The position numbers and the translations under genes were made by a program. From an uncultured Verrucomicrobiae bacterium (GTDB taxonomy: Bacteria; Verrucomicrobiota; Verrucomicrobiia; Chthoniobacterales; UBA10450): DNA of 64,000 bases. The stretch lies in contig CAVYXA010000003.1 in the NCBI GenBank assembly GCA_963772365.1, forward strand, positions 32,001 through 96,000, written 5' to 3'. This document shows positions 30,791 to 39,538 of the stretch, piece after piece. The stretch's first letter is position 1. Every line of letters starts with the position of its first letter. The notes under the pieces are model-generated. The model did no database searches. It was given only the letters and a program-made list of their open reading frames with translations, and was not told the origin of the DNA.

Positions 30791-31864
30791 GCTAAACTGA
30801 ATCGAGCGGACAAAATCGAAGAATTTCGGTTTTTCTTTTCCGACCGCGGCATTGGACCCGGTCATTTTGAAAAACCAGACGCGGCCATCGCGGCGTGTCC
30901 AGGCAGCGACCGTGCGGTTTTCCGGGCCGGCAATATCCGTGGTTGAAAAATCTGTCTCTTCTGTTTTCAGCGGATTGATTTCGGAAGTTACAGCGTTTTC
31001 ATCAGCCGGCGCCAGACCGATCTGTCGTCGCCAACGATTAATGTTATCGACGTCGCTTCCGCCGTCTCCGGGAAAAGTAACAACAGAAATGTCGATCTTA
31101 CCGCCATTCTCGCCCGCGGTGCTGAAGGTAGCGTAGCGCATGGTGGAGGGCGGAACCTGCGTCCAATCTTTCGGAGTTTGCCATTTGATCTGTGGCGGGG
31201 CCGAACTCTCCGGCATGGCTGCCATTTCCGGCGATTTATTTTCTGTTTGTGCGTTGCAGACGGCTGCGACCCATTTAATGAAATCCGGCTTTTGCTCCTC
31301 GGTCAGCTCTGAATTGCCACGGATTTTGAAGAAAAGTGTCGCGCTATTCGTGGGCGCGATGCCGGCAATGATCCGGCCATCTTTGGCCGGGTCGCCTTTT
31401 TTGGGTAGCCCGGTAAGATCGACAATGGTTACCGGACCGATTGATGTCGTAAGCTGTTGCGTGATCTCGTTGAGTTTTTGCTCGTTGATCGGTGGTTGAT
31501 CGAGTTGATTAAGCCAGCGATTCACATTCTCGAGCACATTGGCCGCAGCCTGTCCGAGACTTACGAGTGAAATGTCTGCGGCTGTGCCATGCTCGCCTTT
31601 GACGAGAAAACTGGCCTGCCGCATCTCCGAAAGCGGCTGTGGTTGCCACTTTGGCGGTGTGCTTACAGAATTCGAAGAGACCGGCGCGGCCATCTCTCCC
31701 GAAAGCGATGGGGAGGGACCATTGGTCGGCATCGCATTTTGCTGCTCCGGCCCCGAATCTTCCAATGGGGCTTTGGAAACACGGTAAACTTTTATTTCCG
31801 ACTTCTGATCGCAGCTCGCGAGGAGCAGTGCGAACGACGCCAGCCAAACCAAATCCCTTTTCAT
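30785..31864 (-). CDS. Uncharacterised lipoprotein with an internally duplicated domain
   Basis: Lipobox LLLASC; two copies of W...MR.A.F...DIS......N.NRW..Q......FFK..G. Confidence 0.75.
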   Translation of the reverse strand: MKRDLVWLASFALLLASCDQKSEIKVYRVSKAPLEDSGPEQQNAMPTNGPSPSLSGEMAAPVSSNSVSTPPKWQPQPLSEMRQASFLVKGEHGTAADISLVSLGQAAANVLENVNRWLNQLDQPPINEQKLNEITQQLTTSIGPVTIVDLTGLPKKGDPAKDGRIIAGIAPTNSATLFFKIRGNSELTEEQKPDFIKWVAAVCNAQTENKSPEMAAMPESSAPPQIKWQTPKDWTQVPPSTMRYATFSTAGENGGKIDISVVTFPGDGGSDVDNINRWRRQIGLAPADENAVTSEINPLKTEETDFSTTDIAGPENRTVAAWTRRDGRVWFFKMTGSNAAVGKEKPKFFDFVRSIQFSS

Positions 31865-31868
31865 CCAA

Positions 31869-33335
31869 CTATTTTTGAATCCCGCCTGTGTGGCACTCCG
31901 CGCATGAAAACTCGGAGTATGGGGCATCAATATGCACAAAATCGAACCCCTGGGCATTTATTTGATTCATTGCGGCCGCGCCGCTGCCTTGGGCGAGAAT
32001 GAGATGGCACGATTTGCAATCGCTGGCTTGGATCGAGTTTTTCCCATCAGTAGCAACGTGTTTGCCATCGTGGCAACGGAAGCACCCATTCCAATTTTTG
32101 TGACCGACAAAATCGGGGTGTGTGCGCCAATCGACTTTGACCTCCGGGAAAAAATTCGCGCGATAGATCTCCAGCGTTTCGTTGATGATGGGTCCGGACT
32201 GGTCCGGATTGGGATAGGCGGCGCGAAGGGATCGCGCGATCCCGTGTTCGGCCTCTGCAGTGGTCGAATAAGATTTTACCAATGCCTCAACCACTTTGGC
32301 TTTGACCCACGGGATTTTTGGATCGAGTCGCCCCGTGGAGAGGGCAAGATCGACAGCATCATTGGGTGTATGGACGTTATGTGCCGGCCTGCTGTGACAA
32401 TCCATGCAATCCATTCGTCGGATGTGATACTTGGACGGGTCGCCGGTGAATTCCGGAGTGTGATAAACCGTAACAACGCCATTCGAATCCGTCATTCGCA
32501 CCCAGGGAATATCGAGAAGCTGATTGTCTGTCGCAATGTACTCGATTTTCTTCGAAATGTTCATGTGCCAGTGAATGCCGCCAACAGGCCCATTGGCCGG
32601 ATCGCCACCGCCGACATTTAGCAAAAGTCGCACAGCAAAGGGCGTGTTGTGTTCATCCGAAAGGTAATGCTGAAATGTACGATCGACATACCCGACATAT
32701 CTCTTAGGCCAGTGGCATTGCTCGCAAATCGCTTGGGTCGGGCGCGGATTGGCGGCGGTCATGTGGATGGGGCGCTCGAAATCGTTGCGAACAGTATGAT
32801 AGAGCTGTTTGACGCCGTTTACTTTTGTCCTGAAGTAGGCGGTTGCGCCAGGACCGACATGGCAGGCCACGCATTCCACTCTGGCATGCGCCGTGTGCTG
32901 CGAAGCGACGAACTCCGGCTGCATCGGAAGGTGACAAGCCTTACCGCAAAATTCCACCGATTCGCTGAATTGATATGTTTGATAACTGCCGAACGCGCTC
33001 AGAAATAAAAATCCAGTGCTGGCGGCGGCGAAGATCATCAGGATTCTGCGGTCTCGCGGCCGGGAGAGATCGATGGTGATAGCAAAAGGAGCCGCGGCCT
33101 TTTCCGCTCGACGTTCCTTACGTGACTGCCAAAAAGCGCCAATTAGTGCGAGTAGGATACCGAGAACAAAAAATCCCGGCGCGACAACATAAGCGAGAAT
33201 GCCAACGTAGGGACTGCGGCGGGCCGCAAAAACATCGATGGCAAAAAGCAGAACAAATGAGAAGAGCGCACCGACAGCAAGGACAAGCCCAGCCCAACTA
33301 ATCCAATTCCGGAAGTGGCGCCTCAGGGAAGGCAT
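31869..33335 (-). CDS. NapC/NirT-family inner-membrane multiheme cytochrome c (7 hemes, 3 TM; ImcH-like architecture)
   Basis: Three N-terminal TM helices; CGKACH (CX3CH), CVACH, CEQCH, CMDCH, CFRCH, CKSCH, CAECH; GIHWH. Confidence 0.88.
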   Translation of the reverse strand: MPSLRRHFRNWISWAGLVLAVGALFSFVLLFAIDVFAARRSPYVGILAYVVAPGFFVLGILLALIGAFWQSRKERRAEKAAAPFAITIDLSRPRDRRILMIFAAASTGFLFLSAFGSYQTYQFSESVEFCGKACHLPMQPEFVASQHTAHARVECVACHVGPGATAYFRTKVNGVKQLYHTVRNDFERPIHMTAANPRPTQAICEQCHWPKRYVGYVDRTFQHYLSDEHNTPFAVRLLLNVGGGDPANGPVGGIHWHMNISKKIEYIATDNQLLDIPWVRMTDSNGVVTVYHTPEFTGDPSKYHIRRMDCMDCHSRPAHNVHTPNDAVDLALSTGRLDPKIPWVKAKVVEALVKSYSTTAEAEHGIARSLRAAYPNPDQSGPIINETLEIYRANFFPEVKVDWRTHPDFVGHKNWNGCFRCHDGKHVATDGKNSIQASDCKSCHLILAQGSGAAAMNQINAQGFDFVHIDAPYSEFSCAECHTGGIQK

Positions 33336-33356
33336 CGTGCGATCTTCTCAGGCGAT

Positions 33357-33424
33357 TTGTAGCCACGGCCCGGTGGGCCGTCATCGCTTGGGAAACGCAT
33401 CACGCGGAGATGTACCGGCTACAA
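33357..33424. repeat. GTAG-type REP-like palindrome
   Basis: TTGTAGCC..ACGGCCC-GGT-GGGCCGT ... GGCTACAA. Confidence 0.5.
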
Positions 33425-33426
33425 CT

Positions 33427-33756
33427 CTATTTCTTGAATGAACGAATGTAGGCGACGAGCGCCTTGATGTCGGCATCAGAAAGCTTGCTGCCAAACGGCT
33501 TCATCGTCTCCTTGCCGTTGGTCTTTACGCCTTCCTTGATCGCCCTTTCGGCCTCTGCATCGGTGAATGCTGCCTGAACTTTTGGATCGCGATAATCCTT
33601 AATGTTCAATTTTTTGCCCATCATGGTGCTCCCGCTGCCGTCTTTCCCGTGGCACGATGCGCAGTTTTGTGTCCAGAGCGCGCCAGCATCCGCCGCAAAA
33701 TCAACGCCAGCTGATGCAATGACGACCGTCATTACGAGGAATATTTTTTGTTTCAT
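33427..33756 (-). CDS. Periplasmic monoheme cytochrome c (class I), copy 2
   Basis: Signal peptide, CASCH, distal Met in TMKPF, LSDADIKALVAYIR. Confidence 0.93.
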   Translation of the reverse strand: MKQKIFLVMTVVIASAGVDFAADAGALWTQNCASCHGKDGSGSTMMGKKLNIKDYRDPKVQAAFTDAEAERAIKEGVKTNGKETMKPFGSKLSDADIKALVAYIRSFKK

Positions 33757-33836
33757 AAGTTAGAGGCCTTTCTTAAACAGGAGCTTCGAAGCGCAAGATT
33801 CAATTTTTCTTCGAATAGTAGGTTGGACCCGGCTGC

Positions 33837-34166
33837 CTATTTCTTCAGCGTCCGCACGTAAGCGACCAGCGCTTTAATTTCGTCGTCGCTTAATTTCCCG
33901 CCAAAAGCTTTCATCTTCATCTTGCCCTTTTCCTTCACGCCGTCCTTAATCGCCGTCGCCGCTTCGGCATCGGTAAATCCGGCCTGGACCTTCGGATCGG
34001 TCAGATCCTTTGCATTCAATATCTTGCCCATTTTTGTGTCGGCGCTCCCGTTCTTGCCATGACATTGCACACAGTTGGTGTCCCAATTGGTCTTTGCATC
34101 TGCGGCAAAACTCACGGTTGGAAACACGAGAACGCTGACGCTGAAAATTGCGAGGACTGTTTTCAT
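33837..34166 (-). CDS. Periplasmic monoheme cytochrome c (class I), copy 1
   Basis: Signal MKTVLAIF..SFA, CVQCH, KMKAF, LSDDEIKALVAYVR. Confidence 0.93.
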   Translation of the reverse strand: MKTVLAIFSVSVLVFPTVSFAADAKTNWDTNCVQCHGKNGSADTKMGKILNAKDLTDPKVQAGFTDAEAATAIKDGVKEKGKMKMKAFGGKLSDDEIKALVAYVRTLKK

Positions 34167-34197
34167 CTGGATATCACCCCTGGAGTTTGACTTGGCT

Positions 34198-36381
34198 TTA
34201 GAAACGAAATTGCAAACCGGAATAAATCGAATGCGCTTCGTAATTATTGTGCCCGCCCGAAGCGTCATCGGTATAGTTAAAATACGCGTATCTCACTACG
34301 AGGCGCATCTGCTTGGTGAGCTCGCGACTGATACTCGCCGAGACAGTGTGTTCAGTCGCGCCCATGCCGTAGGGCACTGAGGCCTCGATGTTATTCACGT
34401 AATCGTTTGCCCGGTAATAGGTATACTCGGCATGCAGTTCCGTTTTATTGTCGATGACGAAACCGGCGCCGCTGGTCACGGTCCAATAATCGTTTTGGAA
34501 ATTCAGAACAGTAGGAGCGTCATCCGTCACGATGATATTGCTCGCGGGAGTTTTAGTTTCGTCGAGGACATAGGAAAGTGTGCCTTGCAGGTAAAGGCGC
34601 GGCAGAGGGTTCCACGTCAGCGTTTCACCAATGACATGACGGGTAATCCAGGCACTGTCCGTTTGGTCTAGCCAGATCCCGGCAGGATCGATCCCCCACC
34701 TGCCGCTCACGTCAGTCTTCATAAAATCGTAGCGGGTTGTCAGGGAAAGCGTTCCCAGCCAAGACGGGATGTTCGGCCGGTAAGTCATTCGAATATTGAA
34801 ATCATTCGTCCTCCAGTCCTGGCTGAGGAGTCTCTGGTTTGAACCAGTCAGGTCCGTCTTGATATCGTTGTCGTACTCTGCTGCCTTGTAATAGTACTGG
34901 CCCGACAGGCTGAGTCCCGGCAGAGCATACCAGTTTGAGCCGATGGTGTATTTTTGACCCAACAGAGAGGTATCCTTGTTCAGCACTCCCTCGTCATCTC
35001 CGTCGGAAATTGCATGCTCGTGCACGGTCCCGTTTTCCTCGGTCCATTCGCCTTCAGCCCAGAAAAGCCAGTTGTTGATTCCCGTATAACGGGCCTCAAA
35101 CCGCTCCGCGAAGTTGTCGAAGTCTTGCGAAGTATCGGCCGACTCCAAGGTCGGCGGGAGAAGATTTCTGGACATATCTGTGTTCGTGCTCAAGAAAGTG
35201 GACCAGCTATCCTCGTCCTCGCGAGTATAACGGAACCCGCTGAGCAACGTAAGATCCTTTACAGGCATCCAGTAAAAATTGGCATTGAAAACATGCTCAT
35301 CCACCTGGGAGGTACCGGCCAGGGTGAGAAAGCCTTCATCGCGAAATTGGATATTGGGAAAGGGCCCGAACATGGAATTGTAATCGGATCCATAAATACG
35401 ACTGCCTGAAATGTCGCTTCCGAGTGTTGTATAAGAGTAACCTGCAGTGAACAAGAGCCTATCGCTCAGGCGTGTCTCCGTCATCGCGTGCCCGCTGAAT
35501 AGATCGAGATCGGTCTGATCGCGCTGAGTGACAAATCGATGAGCCATTGGGTTACCGACACCGCGCTGGAGCTGCAGTCGATCATCGTTGTTGTTATGTT
35601 CATAGCGCATCCCAAGATCGATGTCGGTGTTACCAAATGTCTTGGACGCGTCGAATGAGAAAATATCGCGCGTCTCGTCGATGTTGCGAAACGCCGGTGC
35701 GATCTTGCGTGGCGAGCCAATTCCGGGCACTGTCGTGTCGCCCCAGCTCGTCGACTCCTTGTCCCCATTTCGAAACTCGTGCGAATAATGAATCGTGATC
35801 TCGGGCCACTCGGGCATGCGCAAACCAAGTTCCACCCAGGCAATGCCGCGATCGAGCGTAAGTTCGGGATCGGGCGGCGGGATAAATGCTCCGCCGTCAG
35901 CCGGAGAAAAACCGCCATTGCCGTCATACCAGCTCCGAAACTCGGTGTATCCGCCGCGGATGTACCCCAGGCCCGGCTGAGACAAATCGATCGTCACATC
36001 GTAATCGTCGTTGTCAAAAATGGCGTGGCCGTCGACCGTTAACGTTGCGTTCTTGCCGAGGGTCCGTTCCAAATGGAGATCTTGGATGCCGCCAAAAACA
36101 TCACCCGAGATGCGGTGTTCTTGTTTAAATTGCGCCGCGTCGCCATTGATAATATTTCCCCCGACCCCCAGCTCAATCCAATCGTTGTACTCGGGCGTTT
36201 CTTCCTCTGCTGTTGCGTTGCTCGCAGTGGATTTTCCGTCCGCTGTCGCTGTTCCATCGGGTGTCATTCCAGCGCGCAACGAATAATTTGCGCAAACAAG
36301 GACACACATGAAGACCGCAAGCTTGCGCGCGAACCGAGGCCCGCCAGCTGAGAAGCAAATCTCGCTCATAACATTAATCAA
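34198..36381 (-). CDS. Large outer-membrane beta-barrel, MtrB/PioB/MtoB-like porin
   Basis: ~720 aa, signal peptide, amphipathic Tyr/Asp/Thr-rich strands, C-terminal GLQFRF; start overlaps the stop of the MtrA-like gene. Confidence 0.8.
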   Translation of the reverse strand: MINVMSEICFSAGGPRFARKLAVFMCVLVCANYSLRAGMTPDGTATADGKSTASNATAEEETPEYNDWIELGVGGNIINGDAAQFKQEHRISGDVFGGIQDLHLERTLGKNATLTVDGHAIFDNDDYDVTIDLSQPGLGYIRGGYTEFRSWYDGNGGFSPADGGAFIPPPDPELTLDRGIAWVELGLRMPEWPEITIHYSHEFRNGDKESTSWGDTTVPGIGSPRKIAPAFRNIDETRDIFSFDASKTFGNTDIDLGMRYEHNNNDDRLQLQRGVGNPMAHRFVTQRDQTDLDLFSGHAMTETRLSDRLLFTAGYSYTTLGSDISGSRIYGSDYNSMFGPFPNIQFRDEGFLTLAGTSQVDEHVFNANFYWMPVKDLTLLSGFRYTREDEDSWSTFLSTNTDMSRNLLPPTLESADTSQDFDNFAERFEARYTGINNWLFWAEGEWTEENGTVHEHAISDGDDEGVLNKDTSLLGQKYTIGSNWYALPGLSLSGQYYYKAAEYDNDIKTDLTGSNQRLLSQDWRTNDFNIRMTYRPNIPSWLGTLSLTTRYDFMKTDVSGRWGIDPAGIWLDQTDSAWITRHVIGETLTWNPLPRLYLQGTLSYVLDETKTPASNIIVTDDAPTVLNFQNDYWTVTSGAGFVIDNKTELHAEYTYYRANDYVNNIEASVPYGMGATEHTVSASISRELTKQMRLVVRYAYFNYTDDASGGHNNYEAHSIYSGLQFRF

Positions 36382-37217
36382 AATCTGAGATGCTCACTGA
36401 CTTGAGAGCCATGAACCGCTTCGTGGCAGCCGGCCGACCAGCAGGTTCCTTGCTGCAGGAAACTGGAATGGTCGCGCTCTCCGATCAGAATTTGGCCGGA
36501 AGAAGTCTGCTGCTCGAAATGACATTTCAGACAGAGCGTCTGGTTCCGTTCGTTTAACATTCGTTGATTCACCGAGCCGTGCGGCGAGTGACAAACCGTG
36601 CACCCGTCGCGTAATGCTTCGTGCTCCCAAACAAACGGGCCGCGTTGCGCTGTGTGGCATTGAAAGCAGGTCTCGTTTTCGCCCAGGAAGGCAATACCGC
36701 CGCCCTTGAGGGTTTGTTGCATGCTGGTCCCGCCACCTTTAATGGCCCTTCCCTGATGGGGATTGTGGCAATCGACGCAGCTCATTTTGCCTTCCAGCAC
36801 CGGGTGATGATGTGGCAATTCAAAACTCGCGCGCACTTCGAGGTGACATTGGAAACACGTTTGGGGATCGCGGCGTGGATTTACGATCGTGTGCGCTGCG
36901 CCTCCGCTCTGGACATGCAGGCTTCCAGGGCCGTGGCAGGATTCGCAGCCCATTTCTTTAGCGTTGTCGCCTTTCGCTAAAAGGCGGGCGTGAGTAGCCG
37001 TCTTAAAGTCGCGGGTGATTTCACCGTGGCATGCGTCACACGCATCGGAACCGACGAACTCCGCACCGGGAATACTAGGAGGTGCCAGAATCGTGCGATT
37101 TGTCTCGAAGCTGCTGCAAGAAAGCAGAACGACGGTAAGCACGGCTGCTCCCCCCGCGCCCCAGAACAGTTTTTCGCGCTTACCGTGCGTCCATCGAATT
37201 AGCCTCGAATGCCACAC
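36378..37217 (-). CDS. MtrA/DmsE/PioA-family multiheme cytochrome c (7 CXXCH + 1 CX4CH)
   Basis: CDACH, CESCHGPGSLH, CFQCH, CVDCHNPH, CFQCH..GPFVWEH, CTVCHSPHGS, CLKCH, CWSAGCHEAVHGS; possible lipobox LLSC. Confidence 0.88.
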   Translation of the reverse strand: MWHSRLIRWTHGKREKLFWGAGGAAVLTVVLLSCSSFETNRTILAPPSIPGAEFVGSDACDACHGEITRDFKTATHARLLAKGDNAKEMGCESCHGPGSLHVQSGGAAHTIVNPRRDPQTCFQCHLEVRASFELPHHHPVLEGKMSCVDCHNPHQGRAIKGGGTSMQQTLKGGGIAFLGENETCFQCHTAQRGPFVWEHEALRDGCTVCHSPHGSVNQRMLNERNQTLCLKCHFEQQTSSGQILIGERDHSSFLQQGTCWSAGCHEAVHGSQVSEHLRF

Positions 37218-37249
37218 GAGAATGGAGTGTTGCGGAAAATATGAGACGG

Positions 37250-37272
37250 CGACTACGCATTTTTACGGAAAA
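37250..37272. promoter_or_regulatory. Candidate operator upstream of the MtrA-like gene
   Basis: CGACTACGCATTTTTACGGAAAA; the submotif CGGAAAATAT is repeated 33 bp apart (37233 and 37266). Confidence 0.55.
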
Positions 37273-37296
37273 TATTCGGCACTGAGTTTTGGCAAT

Positions 37297-37686
37297 TTAT
37301 CCGGGACTGCTTCGAGCGCTGCCCGCACGGTATTCAGTCGGCGATTTTCCTGACAACTTTCTGAACACACGGTTGAATTGTGAGAGCGATTGGAATCCGA
37401 CTGCAAACGCGATTTCGCTGATGCGAAGATCGACTTCGTGCAGGAGAAGATTGCACGCTCTTTCAAATCGCGTTCGGGCGACGTACTCGACAAAGTTTAT
37501 GCCAGTCACCTGTTTGAACTTTTCACTTAGATAATTTGCGCTGATGTTGACCGCCTTTGCGACTTGAGTCAGCGATAGCTCTTCGCCGGAATGCGCGTGG
37601 ACAAAATTACGCGCTTTCCAAATTTCCACCGGCTCGGCCCGATTTTGATTCTCCGTAACCGACTTGAATTGATTTGCGGAACTCAT
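37297..37686 (-). CDS. Small AraC-family regulator (DNA-binding domain only)
   Basis: LSLTQVAKAVNISANYLS..F; RISEIAFAVGFQSLSQFNRVFRK..GKSPTEYR. Confidence 0.88.
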   Translation of the reverse strand: MSSANQFKSVTENQNRAEPVEIWKARNFVHAHSGEELSLTQVAKAVNISANYLSEKFKQVTGINFVEYVARTRFERACNLLLHEVDLRISEIAFAVGFQSLSQFNRVFRKLSGKSPTEYRAGSARSSPG

Positions 37687-38007
37687 CACCACTACCTCCA
37701 CAAATCACTTTGGCTTGGGTTCGGGCGTTCACGCTGGTCGTTGCTTGGCAATTACCCGCCGAATCTTGGGCCGGTCGGCAAACAGCTGTTTTTGGCCTGC
37801 GCAATTTTTGCAAAGCAAAACGCAAGCGAGCGATAGCGGGGGCTGATCGGCCCGCATTGATCTGGGCGCACTAAGAGGGGGCAAATATGGAATACCTGAT
37901 AGTAGTTGCAGTCGTTTCGATGATGGCGCTCCACACCGTGATCATTGCACGCTGCCTGAAACAGTCAGAATGTTAGCGCCACCCGGCCCGCACTAACGTC
38001 GCGGAAG

Positions 38008-38931
38008 CTAGGCGGTTTTGCTTTTGTGCTTGCTCGAAGATAGGTGCGCCCGGAAATCGCTCGGCGATTGTCCGAACACGCGTTTGAAGGTGCGATTGAA
38101 TTGGGTGAGCGATTGAAATCCCACATCATAGGCAATCTCGCTGATACGCAAGCTAGGGTTGAGTAATCGCGTGCGCGCCTCTTCCACTCGCACGCGCGCG
38201 ACGTAATCGGTAAACTTCAGGCCGGTAGCTTTGTGGAAAATTTTACAGAAATGAAAAACGCTCGCGCCTGCTGCCTTCGCGACATCCGCCAGCGACAGTT
38301 CTTCGGCCTTGTGCTTGTCGATGTAATCGCGGGCCCTAAGCACGAGCGGCGGTTCCGAGTTGTTCTTCTCTGTTACCAATTGATTGCATAGGGCAGAGAG
38401 TTGAGCGGCAAAAAAAGCCAGGAGCCGGACCACGGCATTATATCTATCGGGCGGGATGAACGGATTTTTTTCCCACGCTTTGCGAAGGTCACTGCGAAAG
38501 CGGAGTCCACATCGCTCCAGCTCTCGCGTCACTTTGGTTGCATCGGTTTTGGCCGGGGTGTGACGCAAAACCTGGCCGATTCGAAGGTATCCGATCGTCT
38601 CTGCGCCCAGTTTCACCGGTACAGCCGTTTCGGTTAGGCCGAAAGGACAGGTGACAGTGCGCGGCAGGTCGCCAGTGTGCTGGATCATGTCCTCGTGCGC
38701 TTGCAAGCAAACCGCCAGGGTCTTTGGTTGTTCGGCAAGTAAGGCGCAGAACGGGTTCTCGTGTTTTTTCCCACGATGTGCCAGTTGCCAAAATTCCAGC
38801 GGACGCAGAGTCAACGGCAAGCCGGTCGCTTTCGTAAAAACGTTTTCGTAATCGCGAAACAATCGCGACCGTCGCAACATGTCGATCAGTTGCTTGTTTG
38901 AATCGGCGTAGTTGTTCGTGAGCTCAGCCAT
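38008..38931 (-). CDS. AraC-family regulator with PocR-like sensor domain
   Basis: F..ATGLP, NPFC..C..CPFGL...AVPV...GQV N-terminal domain; C-terminal AraC HTH. Confidence 0.85.
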   Translation of the reverse strand: MAELTNNYADSNKQLIDMLRRSRLFRDYENVFTKATGLPLTLRPLEFWQLAHRGKKHENPFCALLAEQPKTLAVCLQAHEDMIQHTGDLPRTVTCPFGLTETAVPVKLGAETIGYLRIGQVLRHTPAKTDATKVTRELERCGLRFRSDLRKAWEKNPFIPPDRYNAVVRLLAFFAAQLSALCNQLVTEKNNSEPPLVLRARDYIDKHKAEELSLADVAKAAGASVFHFCKIFHKATGLKFTDYVARVRVEEARTRLLNPSLRISEIAYDVGFQSLTQFNRTFKRVFGQSPSDFRAHLSSSKHKSKTA

Positions 38932-38984
38932 GCATGCTGTCGAAATGTTCTTCCAGCCGAAATTTAGCGTCAATCCGTATCTTG

Positions 38985-39519
38985 TTACTGGTCGCAAAAT
39001 CGGGGCTCGAGAACGACCGGCTCAAGAGTCGCACCGTGAATGTAGAGCGACAGCATTTTTCGGCGCGCAGCCTGCAAGCGTTTTACCATCACGGGGCTCA
39101 TCCGTTTTAGGAGTTCGTAACCAAGTGAGTGGTCTCGCTCGCAGTACCTCGCGCAGGATTGTCCCATAAAAGAAGATCGCGCGAGTCGGTTCGACTGCGC
39201 GCGCGGTGAAATGCCAGACGTAAGGCGGAAACATCCAGGACCAGCCCAGCAAATCACCCGGACCAATCATCTCGACGATTTTCGCATCGCCAAATCCTTC
39301 TCCTGACTCGAGGACGACTTTACCGCTTTCGATCAAGTAGAACCGGTTTGCCAACTCGCCCTGACGCAAAATGGTTTGCCCTTTCTTGGAGTGGACAGGA
39401 ATTGCGCATTCGGCCAACAGCGCCAGTTGTGTCGAGTTCATTCCCGCCAAAAATGGATGCAGCGCCACCCGTATCCCGATCGGTTCCCGCTGTGTTGTCG
39501 TTTCGATTTTTGTCAGCAT
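38985..39519 (-). CDS. Stand-alone cyclic-nucleotide-binding (Crp-like) domain protein, no HTH; frame break near 39140
   Basis: HPFLAGM, ILRQGELANRFYLIESGKV, GPGDLLGWSW, ARAVE; continues CERDHSLGYELLKR..RLQAAR in a shifted frame. Confidence 0.8.
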
Positions 39520-39538
39520 ATTTTCTCCCGGTCTTTAG

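Noticed and set aside
37752..37934. 60-aa Cys-containing ORF between the two AraC genes
   Set aside because: No family motif or clear RBS; the region is more likely the promoter of the small AraC gene
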